Shown in pieces: positions 1 through 10,497 of a stretch of 64,000 nucleotides of DNA. How positions within the stretch are numbered: position 1 is the first letter of the stretch; each line of letters begins with the position of its first letter. The notes below the pieces were generated by a model. That model searched no databases. It was not told where the DNA came from and worked only from the letters and a program-made list of their open reading frames with translations. The stretch is from the NCBI GenBank assembly GCA_043228905.1, contig JBHGNT010000017.1, positions 8,928,001-8,992,000 of the forward strand, written 5' to 3'. The stretch comes from Azolla caroliniana (taxonomy: Eukaryota > Plantae > Polypodiophyta). Made by a program: the position numbers and the translations under genes.

Positions 1-1834
1 CCTTTACTGCCGAAACGATACCCCAGAGTTCGCGTTTAACCTGGGCGTACCCTCGTTGTCGCTCACTAAGGACCTTTGCGCCGAATCGGATCGGGAACCG
101 GGTGCCGTCCTCATCTTCTTGGTTGACGACCCATCCGACCCCGGTCGGGCTCATATCCACCGTTATGTATACCGGGGTACCCTTCTCGTAGACAGCCTTC
201 CGGAGCGTCGGTGCTGCCGCAAGAGCTTCCTTTAGCTTCCGGACCGACTCCGTGTGCTCGTCCCGCCACTCGAATTTTCGCCCCTTTTTCAGCAATCCGT
301 ACAGCGGCTCCGCAACGTGGGCGTAATGCGGGATCCATATGTGGTAGAACGCGCATGCCCCCAGGAACCTCCGAACTTCCGTAACCGAGCTATAGTCGAT
401 CTTCATCGCGGAGATGGCTTCTACTTTTGCCAGAGACGGCTTCCGGCCATACGGTCCACACAGGTGTCCGACCACCAGGATTTCTGATTGCCCGAAGGCC
501 GATTTCTCCCCGGAGAAGGTGAGCCTCGCATCCTCTAGCCTTTGTAGCACCTTCTCGCAGTCGTCGATGTGTGTTGCCACGAATCGCCGGCATCCGTCCG
601 GCCCGACTGTCTCGTCCTTCTCTTCCACCGGGCACCCCTTTATCGGGATGTCGTCCAGAAATGGCATGGTGATGTCCGAGATGCAATCCCTCAGTACTTT
701 GTTCATTGCATTCACCATGTGGGCCACCGAGTTGGTCCCTCCTTGTGGCAGGGTACACATTCGCACTAGGCCGAGGGGAGTTCGCAGCGTCGTAATGTCT
801 TTGCTCTCCACGGCTAGCTGGAACTGGTCGTACCCCAAGTACAGATCACCGACCGAGTAAATTGACCTTCCGGCGAAGGCCTCCGCGAACTCGTCTATGG
901 TCGGTCCGATTCCTGCGTTCCGAATGGTCACTCTGTTGACCGGCTGCAGGTCCTGAATGAAGCGCAATGTTCCGTTTTTCTTTGGTACGGTAAACCATCA
1001 GTTCGAGTATGGCGCGCTCGACGGTTCGAGAATACCCATATCGACTTTCTGCCTCAGTAGCTCCATCAACTCCGGGATGTGAGCTCTTGGTACCGGAATC
1101 AGCTTGAGACTCCACGGCACATGCGGTACCGTCAATATCACCATCGGCTCCACGATTGTCGGGTCTACGCACCCGATCTCTTCCGGCGAGAATGCGAAGG
1201 CTTTCCCGTGCCTTCCGAGCATTCTCCGAAACTGGTCTTCCTCCGCCGGCAGTAGGAACCCGCCCCCACCGATCTTGAGCTCCCGGAGCGTCCCGTCGGT
1301 GAAGGTGTGTCCTATGCAGGCCGGATCTCGTAAACCGGGGTCCGACGCAACCCCTCTGATTCGGGACTCGCTGCCCTCCGGTAAGGGTGCCGCGACTGGC
1401 CTTACCTTCCGGTCCACAGTCTTGTACTTCGTGCTAACTCGGGCCGTCCGATCCGACCAGAGCCCCTGGCTGAAGTTCGCGATGACTTCGTACATCTCTT
1501 CGGAACATACCAGTATCGTTCAGTCTTCGTTAAGGTCTTCTCCGGCTACCTTCCTCAGCATCCCCAAGGTGTCGTCGAAGGAGACCGCCTCCACGGCCCC
1601 GCTGATTTCCTCGTCCGGGCCGAGAACTCCGCACGCTCGAAGTCGGTCCTCCGCCCTTGCCCTTTCTCGGCCAACGATGCCGACCATCATACACCCTCCG
1701 TTGTTGGAGAAGCAGAATTTTCTACCTATCGTACAAGGTTTCTTCGGTTTCGGTTCTATCGTAGAGCTGTGGGGTCTTTCCCGAGTGTCCGGACTGTCTC
1801 GGCCCCACGCCTTGGCAGCGCTCTCTAAAAATCC
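1..1834 (-). pseudogene. pol: RT-RNase H part of G1 pol
   Basis: ORF 998..1495 (STKYKTVDRKVRPV...GILEPSSAPYSN) is the RT N-terminus. The window edge encodes RNase H (PIRFGAKVLSERQRGYAQVKRELWG), homologous to G2. Confidence 0.85.
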
Positions 1835-3951
1835 TCCCGGTTCTCGCCACCGAGGGATTCGCGGTTTCGCTCGTGGTTCGGTCGCACCGTCAGAAATTGG
1901 ACCGAATGGCGCCCGTCCTGGCTTTTGACCCTTGCGTAGGCCGAACCGTTGTCTAGCACCTTGGTCTCCATCCGCGCCGCCGTGATGTATGGTTCCCCTA
2001 ATATGACCGGGTGCGAGGACATCTCCTGTACGAAGAAGTGCTGGTCAATCTTGACGTCACCAATCTTGACTCGCACGTTCGGGTAGGCCCCGTGCAGTTC
2101 CTCGGTGGCGCACGTCGCCGCCCGTATCTTCCACCTGTGCTTGGTGTTGATCGGCCACTTTCCCTTCTTATAGAAGTCCATGGACATCAGTTTTATTTCC
2201 GAACCGTGGTCCACCAATGCCACCACCGGTTCCTGAACATCTCCGATCTTTACCGGGGTCTCTGTGGTCGCTCGGGCCCAGTGCGGCCTTGAATAGTGGC
2301 TCTCCGCCCACTCATCTTCCAGCGCCATGTCGTCGATGTGCGTCGTCCGCACCTCCACCGGTCTTTCCGGTTCCGTCTCCGTCGACAGCCTCTTCCGTTT
2401 CACCAGGTCCACAATGGAGTCGTGGAACTCCTTCGTGGCGATCCCTAGCACCTCTCGCAATGACAGCTCCACTTTGCTGTCGAGGATCCGTTCTTCTAGG
2501 ACCTTTCGTAGGTCCGTAGTCCTTTCTATTTCCGTCCCCAGTCGGTATCCGCCCTTCCTGGGGTTATCTTGCGAGCTGGACCCACCGGCATCGTTCCGTC
2601 GTTGCCCGAATCGGGTCTCGTACCGTTGTGAGGGGCCGGCCGCTCCGGCTTTCCCCACTCGTTTGTCTTCTACCAGAGCCTCGTAGTTCCGGCAGGCGGC
2701 TTCTACGAAGCCTGTCTTCTCCTCGACCGGATCGCTCCACCCGGTTATTTCCCGGACCCGTCTCTCAGCGCGGTCCGTTTCATCTTTCCTTAGCCGTGCG
2801 CCGGCAAGACCTTCCAGCATTGCCGACCAGAATCCGTCTTTGCCCTCCTTTCGGACCTCGCTGCCCCCAACCTGAATGCCGACTGACGCCGAGTAGTGGA
2901 TGGCCTCCACGTGTCGGGCCGCTGCCTCTTCCATCAGTCTCTTCATACCTCCTCGCCCGTCGTTTCGGTTTAGGGCCCTTCTGGTGTCGCCGGCGTGCAC
3001 TCGGCCTTCCCACAGGTACACCACCCGGTTCCTCAACGCTTCTGCGAAATCGCCGCAGTCCTTCCGGATGTGGCCGACCTTGTCGCACCACATGCACCTG
3101 TTCCCTGCTGCCGGCCGACGGTCACAAGCCGGTTCGCCGCCTTCCCTTCGAGTCTGGGCGATCTAGAGATCCTTTATCGCCCGTGTCAACTCCTCCAGCG
3201 CTGCTCCTCCGGATGAGCCATTGACCATGCCGGTCGAAGCCGATCCGGTTTTGAGCCACTCCCGAGTCTCTTCCCTTCGCCCTTGTGGTGCCCGTTCAAG
3301 CCTCCTTGCTGTGACAGAGCCCGCTCCGGTCGCCCCGTTGTCAGCCCATTCTCGCCGTTTGTCGAAACGGCCACATACTCTCTTAACCGCCGTCCAGTCG
3401 GTCGTCAGCCCGTCTTCGGTTTCTAGCAAGGAGCCGACTTGATCCCGGTCCCGCTCGTCCACCGACTTGACGAACAATAGGACCCGGCTTGTATCCAGAA
3501 CGGTTCGGTCAAGCGCCGAGAGGCGCGCAAAGCGTTCCTCAAACTCCCGGAGGAGTGCCGACGCGTTTCTTCCCTTGCCAGGGGACTCCACCCATTCCAT
3601 GAAGTCCCGTTTCGAAAGCCGGAGCGCGTCGTCCAGCCCGTATTTCTCTAGGAGTCGGCCTTCGAAATCCTCCCAGGTACGACTCTCCACCCATACCTCG
3701 AGCACCTCCGCATGGATGCTCGGCATCGCCACTCGAGGGAACCCGGCAAGACGCCTCTCTTCCGGAATGTCCCGCATCAGCATTTCTGCCCCGTAGGACG
3801 CCAAATACTTCGTGGCATCCTTTCCGCTGAACCGGCTGATCGTACCGACGACCACCTCAATGGCTCTGTCGAGGGCGCCGGTGCCCTCCCGCGCGCTCAA
3901 TATCCGATCCACGGCCGAAGCCATGGCCTCCGCAAGATCCGACCCCTTCAT
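1825..3951 (-). pseudogene. gag: Gag-CCHC-aspartic protease ORF of G1 with one in-frame TAG at 3163-3165
   Basis: ORFs 3163..4479 and 1825..3093 share a frame. The first ATG after the PBS is at 3951. Zinc knuckle and D-H-G protease motif are present. Confidence 0.85.
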
Positions 3952-3974
3952 CTTCTGCTCTTCTGCCGCCTCGT

Positions 3975-3991
3975 TCACGTCGGGTTCACCA
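3975..3991 (-). promoter_or_regulatory. Primer binding site, tRNA-Trp type
   Basis: Minus strand reads TGGTGAACCCGACGTGA, complementary to the plant tRNA-Trp 3' end as recalled. Identical to the PBS at 14934-14950. Confidence 0.85.
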
Positions 3992-3994
3992 AGA

Positions 3995-4626
3995 TGTCGA
4001 GGTACTCCTCGCGGATGCGTGGAATGAGGTGGGACCTCGGGGGTCTTGTACCGAAGAGCAATAGGGAAAGGAGAAGGGAAGGGACCCACTACGTGCGGGC
4101 GTAGATCCACAGGGACACGGCCCTTCGACACGAAGACGTGAGCGTGGAAACCAACACAGAGAGGCACAACGGTATGTAAGTATATATTAACAGAGACAAA
4201 CAACAAAAACACGAAGTCGGTTACAACCGAACAGGCCGGCGAACAGATGCCGATGCCTGTTCGTAAACGCACAGAAAGGAAAGAGTAGGTTGGAGGTGCT
4301 GCCGGAAGCACTCGGGCATTCCTCAGAGCAGCGCGAGCCTCCCGAAACCTGCACAGCAAGAAGCTACGGAGTTTGCGAGCCAGAGAGAGAGAGAATCCTT
4401 CGCCCACAAACTGATAGCACTTCATCCTCGACTCTCCGCGATCCCCTCCTCCTCCTCGTCTCCCTCCTTTTATAGGCAAGAAGGGAACCGTTTCCTATTA
4501 ACTTCCTACCTACCGAATCTACCTACCTAGGATCTTCTATGTACAACATAAGGTGTACGTATATGAAGAGCCGGTTCCTACGCTCCGGTGCACCGATTCC
4601 GCTTGAGGACGGTTTTCTTCACGACA
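3995..4626 (-). repeat. 5' LTR of G1
   Basis: Minus strand starts TGTCGTG and ends CTCGACA, followed by 3 nt and the PBS. Confidence 0.85.
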
Positions 4627-4630
4627 ACGC

Positions 4631-6740
4631 ATATTGCGGACCCACTCTATCACTTATTGCGGAAGGGAAGAAGTTCGAATGGAAACCAGAACACACCAAA
4701 GCCATGAAGAAGCTCAAGAAAACACTACGGAGGGTTGAAGCACTTAAGAAGCCGAGCTATGAGCGACAGATCATAGTAATGGTTGATACAAGTCCAACCG
4801 GGATCAGATGGGTCATCAATCAAGTTGATTCGGATGGTTTGCGATATCTGATCCGATTTGGAGCAAAGGTTCTCAACAAAAGGCAACGCGGATATGCACA
4901 ATTCAAAAGAGAATTATGGGGACTCGTGTCAACAATAAAATCAGATCGAGATTATTTGATCGGAGCCGAAGTAGTGATTGAAACGTATTGTCTTCCAATA
5001 CTCAGGATGATGCGGTGTTGCACGATACCGGATGTGGCTATGCTAAGATGGATGGCATATGTTAAGTCGCTTAACCTAGACGTACAACATATCTCCGGAA
5101 AAGACAACGCGGTAGTGGATATGCTATCAAGGGCTCGGTTTGGAGACGACATAGCCGAATCCGATAATGAAGATGTTTCTGAAGACTACTTTGCTTCGGA
5201 GCACATATGCCGAGTAAACGTAATCCGAGAATTCCGAGAAGAAGAATACGAGGGAGAAAGCTTGATGATCGGGAAGGTGCTACAAGAGATTGAGGAATCA
5301 TCGGATGATAAAGAGAAGAGAGCCGAGATCCGAAGGAAGAAGAGGCAAGTCCAAAAGTTCATCTTGGAAAATGGATTAATATGGAGGGAGCCAAAACGAC
5401 CGGATGGCATACCACTTCGGGTAGTCGGGAGGAAAGAGCAACAAAACCGGATAATGTCTGAGTTTCACGAATCTGATTTGGTTGGACATCGAGGAACATG
5501 GGCAAATTTTGTGAAAATCAAACAAAAATATTGGTGGAAGAATATGTACAAAGATATAGCGGAGTTCACAGAAAGCTACGAGAAGTGTCAAATCTACTCC
5601 GGAGTTCGACACCGAGATGAGTTACATCCGACATTCTCACCGACAATCAACTTCAAATGGATGGTCGACATTGTAGCCATGCCAACCGAGATCGGACAAA
5701 ATAAGTACTTGGTGTTAGCTCAGGAAGATCTCACAAACCAAGTAGAAGGTCGGGCCCTACGAAGGAAAACGTGTTTTGTAGTATGCCAATTTCTTTTGGA
5801 GGAGGTGTTTTGCAGGTACGGGTGCGTAGGACAAATGATTGCGGATCAAGGAGAACTCGACTCTAATAAAGCTAGGGAATTCTTCACCAAACATGGAGTT
5901 CGGTTAACACTAACAACGGCATACAATCCAGAGGCCAACGGGAAAATCGAATGAGGACATAGTCCGATCATCAAAGCACTTGCCAAAGCATGCGACGGAA
6001 GGGTGAAGGATTGGCCGCAGATGCTCCCATATGCACTATGGGCGGATCGGAATACGTATAGCTCCATGATCGGTTTTATGCCGGCCAAACTCATGATCGG
6101 ACAAGCACCGGTAATGCCGACGGAAACCGCAATTGCGACATGGACAGTGCTGTCGTGGAAGGAAGACATGAGCCAGGAAGAACTACTAGCGGTCCGGATA
6201 CGACAATTGGAGGGAAGACCGGAAGACATAGCGGAAGCAACACGCCGACAATAAGAAGCGCGATTCCGGAACAAAAGCCGATTCGACATAAAGCATCGTC
6301 TACGACCGCAGACGATTGAAGAAGGAGATTGGGTGATTGTCTATGACAGTAATCTGGATCATCAACATACAACGATACGGAAGTTCACGAAAAGGTGGTT
6401 CAGGCCATACGAGGTTCGGAAAGTTTTCGACAACGGAACTTACCGACTATGCGAGTTGGACGGAACAATATTACGGGTGCCTATAGCGGGGAAACGGGTG
6501 AATATTTTCAAGAAGCGGACTAGTGAAGAACCCTATGTAATCGTAGACAAGACCGACATCGAGGAGCAATTGGCCAAAGCTCGTGGTGATGCAGAAAGCG
6601 AAGAAAGTGATCTACAATTGATAGTTGATATAAGGGAGGAATTGGGTAGTGCTACGGATGAAGACGAACAACAGGCATCGGGAACTTCGGCACATACCGG
6701 AGGATGTGTGGGTTTGGAGGGGGCGAGTGTCGTAGTGTAA
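4631..6740 (+). pseudogene. pol: RNase H-integrase of G2, with premature stops at ~5952 and ~6252
   Basis: Motifs GHRG...CQIY, WMVDIVAMP, ADQGE, AYNPEANGKIE and KFTKRWFRPYEV. Confidence 0.9.
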
Positions 6741-7614
6741 TTCGCACAGTATGTGAAAATTGCATTTTTTGTCCTTCCGGATGGGACAAGGAGGAACCGG
6801 ATGAAGGAGGAACCGGCAAGGAGGAACCGGTAAGGAGAACTAGTGAGAACCGGATGAAGGAGGGACCGGCAAGAAGGACCCGGTAAGAACCGGATCAAGC
6901 AAAACCAGCAAGACCCGGATAAAGAAGGCCGGTGAGAGTCTCTCACCGGATGAAGAGGCAAATTTGTAAATAAAAGAAAAGATTGTTACATGCATAGGGC
7001 AAGATTCAAACACTGTACCTCCACTTAGACAAACCCCAACCTTACTATTGTACTAACTTATCATGAGTGTGTTAAATATAGATTTAATACGTATAAGACC
7101 TTTATTTACGCCTACCTTTATTAAAAGGTAAGTCATGCAATTTTAAAAAGTGTGAATACTTTATTTATAAGAAAAATGTACACCAATAAAAAATTACTCG
7201 CGCACATCTAGCGAACATGAGCATTATATTTAGGAAATAAAAGCATAGTGTAAAAGGCAACTCATGCACATTTAGTGTGCATGAACACTTTAGAAAAAGC
7301 ATGAAGCTATGTTTAGCCTCTTCCATCCTTATATAAGGAGAAGAGAAAGATGTATGGTGTTGTTGATTATTTTTACAAGGATTGATCAATCTAATATATT
7401 CGTGGGATTCATGAGTTTATCATCAAAATGCTCTTTCTTACAATCTAAATATTGATTAAATACACTAAACACGTGGAATTCACAAGTTTTTTTTCTTGCT
7501 TCTCTTTCTACCTATTCATAACTAGTCTTATATTGTATTCTTCTTTCTCCTAGTCCAAAACCTCAATGGTTCCCACCCGACTCACGCAACGATCCAGAGC
7601 CGAAAGGCACGACA
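6728..7614 (+). repeat. 3' LTR of G2 (887 bp)
   Basis: TGTCGTAGTGTA...GGCACGACA; homologous to the LTRs at 14228 and 16978, with an extra GAACCGG-rich block at ~6775-6955. Confidence 0.9.
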
Positions 7615-7876
7615 ACGCATATGATAATCACATTAAGCACAGAACGGTATTAACAAGATACACAATATGTAAAGACACAACACCTCTCTATTAATTATCC
7701 GTCGTTCCTTAGGTATCCAGTTGGGTTACAAACCGGTGCCAACCGGCAACCAGCAAGAAATCGGTTCAGCATACCAATTCCGGGCCCGTCCGTCTGCTCT
7801 TATAATGATCATAATTGAACTAATTACAACTCCCAAAACCGACTCCCCTTTCATACTCTGTCCTAACTGGCCAAAA
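7615..7876 (-). repeat. Partial LTR related to the G3 (9704) LTR family, interrupted by G2 and lying inside copia C1
   Basis: The reverse complement aligns by eye to 9704-10020 (GGACGGGCCCGGAATTGGTATGC, GCTGGTTGCCGGTTGGCACCGGT, GATAATTAATAGAG). Confidence 0.75.
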
Positions 7877-9703
7877 AAGAAGAAGATGTCGGAGTACGAC
7901 ACCGGTAGAGAGGAGTCAGATCGGACCGAATTCTACTCCGGACAAAACAGAGACAAACCTTCGGAAGAGAAGTCTGAGTCGACCAAGAGGGCCACAAAAT
8001 CGGCGAACCAAAAGTTGTGACAATCCACCTGCCAAAAGCACCCTATAATTTGTTACGGATATAACGAGAATATGGTGCATCATTATGCGTACATGGTGAA
8101 GGTGGTAGCCATGCATGAGCTGGAGAGCTACGCTGAAGCGACTAAGGACCTAAATTGACGGGAGGCCATGGAGGAAGAGATGCATGCACTCATAGAAAAT
8201 GAGACATGGAATCTAGTTGATGTACCGAAAGGGGTGAAGTCGATCGGTGCCGAAGGGTATACAAGGTGAAATACAACATTGACGCCTCACTCTACAGGTA
8301 CAAGGCCCGATTAGTGGCCAAGGGCTACGCGCAGTAGCACGATATCACTTGCGATGAGACATTTGCGCTGGTCATAAAGATGACGATTGTTCGTGTCCTT
8401 CTTGCGGTGGCAGTGGCAAAGGGGTGGCATCTGCATCAAATGAATGTAGAAAATGCGTTCCTCCAAGGTGATCTTCAGGAGCAGGTGTATATGGTTCAAC
8501 CCCCCAAATTTTAGTCTAGAGTGAACACATCGGTTGTATGCCAATTGAAGAAGTCCCTCTATGGATTCAAGCAAGCCCCGTGCACCTGGAACGCGAAGAT
8601 CATGCAGAGACTGGATCGGATGGGTTTTGCTCCGTCGAAATCAGACTCTTCACTCTTCATCCGGCAAGGTCGGAATGGGCCGGTGAGCATATTCCTCTAT
8701 GTGAATGATCTAGACGAAACCAGCCACATCAAATCCCAGTTCGCGACATCATTTCAAATAATGATCAGTCAACGCCACTATCTACTAAGTATGCTCTTCA
8801 AATTCGGTATGACGGAATGCAAATCCTTTCTCGACTCCTCTAGACCGGAATGTGAAGCTTCACCCTGACTCCAGAGCGGCATGCGACCCGAAAAGGTTCC
8901 GACAGATAGTCAGAAGCCTCATTTATCTGACCATCTCCCAACCGGAAGCCTCATTTATCTGACCATCACCCAACCGGATCTCAGATATCCGGTCGGACTG
9001 ATTAGTCAATTTATGGCGCATCCAACCATGGAGCACCTTTATTGTGTGCTCTGAATACTTAGGTTTGTCAACGGCACTAAGGATAGGGGGTTGCTATATT
9101 GAACTTGTGTAGCAAGATAGCATGTCAGCTTCACGGATGTTGATTGGGCTGGAAATGTCGGTGACCGTAGGTCTAGATCCAAATATGCGTTTTCACTTGG
9201 AAACACCGCGGTCACCTAGAGCACTAAGAAGTAGACGACAATAGCACTGTCGAGCATCGAGGCCAAGTACCGAGGAGTGGTTGTCGCAACAAGCAAGTCC
9301 ATATGACGACGATTTACTGCGATAACCTCAGAACCATCCAGTTGGCTAAGAATGGGACAAACCAAATCGAGGTGCACTATCATTTTGTCCGAGAACGCGT
9401 TCTCTCCGGTGAAGTGGAACTGTTGCATGTTCCGACGGATCGGCAGGTGGCCAATATCTTCACCAAACCCCTCGGCTTAGACAAGTTGCGGCAGTTTCCC
9501 GGTGCACTAGGTGTGCAATACCTTGATATGCCAACCTTGCGGGGGAGGAATGAGAAAGACGACTGAAAAGCCGAGTCGGACACGGATTTCGACTTCGGCC
9601 TGTCTGAAGATGTCAGAGTGCACAAGTCGACTGAAGAAGTCGAGACTAGACGTAGGGGGGTAGCCACCAGAATGAAAAGCCCAAGCCGGAGCCAACAGAA
9701 AAA
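7877..9703 (+). mobile_element. Ty1/copia element C1, degenerate RT-RNase H; continues at 22353 after the G3 insertion
   Basis: Copia RT motifs (YKARLVAKGY, LKKSLYGFKQAP, LYVND) and RNase H (IYCDN...EVHYHFVRE...QVANIFTKPL). Confidence 0.9.
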
Positions 9704-10165
9704 TGTTAGCCGGCCGGCAAGGGAAGTTCAGAATGGGAAAAGGGGGATAATTAATAACTAGGAGTTGATTAGTTATAATATAGAATTATTATGATTTTGG
9801 CAAGCGAACGGACGGACCCGGAATAGGTATGCCGATCCGGATCCGGACCGGTTCGTAGCCAGTTGCTGGTTGGCATCGGTGTGTACCTAGAGCCGGAGAC
9901 CTATAAAAGGGCATGGTTAGATTTTAATCAGGAGCGGATAGTTAATAGAGTATTGTTGTTTTGTATCTTAATCATTGTTAATTACAGTTCTATGTTAAGT
10001 GTAATTTATCCTACGCGTGTATTGTGACTAATGATCTTGCTGCTTCGTAACCAATTAGGGTTCCATTAATAGTCGGTCTAACTTTATCTCACCGCAACAC
10101 CCCTTCGGTGAAGTGTCTCAAAGGGACACCCTGTGTTAGGGCATTGTCCGGCCCTAGCGATAACA
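9704..10165 (+). repeat. 5' LTR of G3
   Basis: Direct repeat of 21893-22352 with scattered substitutions. Confidence 0.95.
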
Positions 10166-10172
10166 CAGTTTT

Positions 10173-10184
10173 TGGCGACCACGA
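10173..10184 (+). promoter_or_regulatory. Primer binding site, tRNA-Arg(UCG) type
   Basis: TGGCGACCACGA, 7 nt after the LTR; matches the recalled tRNA-Arg(UCG) 3' end. Confidence 0.7.
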
Positions 10185-10497
10185 TTCCTGCACAAACACA
10201 ACGAACAACGGCGGGCATGGATGACTAGACCAACAAACGACCCGGTTACGGAGTGAGGAAGAAGACTTGCCAAACGATTGTGAAAGCGAGAGGCTTTCCC
10301 GTAGGCAGCAGAAGAGATCCGTGCGGATCGGTCATTTTCCAAAGTAATCTGGCGAGTGGCCGCGGAGTCAGTCCGCGGGCATCAGAATTCCCAACCGGAC
10401 GAAGGAAGCAGCTTGAGCAGTCTCCGCGGAATCCATTCTGCAGGCACTAGCGACAGGGGCAAGCGATTCGGAACCGTTCTCAGCCTTCGAATCGGAT

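Larger units (their letters stand above)
1..4626 (-). mobile_element. Ty3/gypsy LTR retrotransposon G1 (GC-rich, tRNA-Trp primed); 5' half, running off the left edge of the window
   Basis: 5' LTR 3995-4626 (TG...CA), PBS 3975-3991, then gag, CCHC knuckle (CDKVGHIRKDC), protease (LVDHGSE), RT and RNase H in gypsy order on the minus strand. Inserted into G2; flank ACGC at 4627-4630. Confidence 0.92.
4627..7614 (+). mobile_element. Ty3/gypsy element G2, 3' part (RNase H, integrase, PPT, 3' LTR); host of G1
   Basis: RNase H (VDTSPTG...KRELWG), integrase HHCC and DDE core in ORFs 4539..5954, 6003..6254 and 6333..6740. PPT GGAGGGGGCGAG precedes the LTR at 6728-7614; flank ACGC at 7615-7618. Confidence 0.92.

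Noticed and set aside
1104-3796. Long plus-strand ORFs opposite G1 (likewise 12166..12999, 15285..15875 and 16101..16781 opposite G3/G4)
   Set aside because: Antisense shadows of retroelement ORFs, with no recognisable motifs.
3952-4479. N-terminal extension of the 438-aa ORF 3163..4479
   Set aside because: It lies in the LTR and PBS; the gag start is more plausibly ATG 3951.
4539-4660. N-terminus of the 471-aa ORF
   Set aside because: Chimeric: it reads from the antisense G1 LTR into G2 pol.
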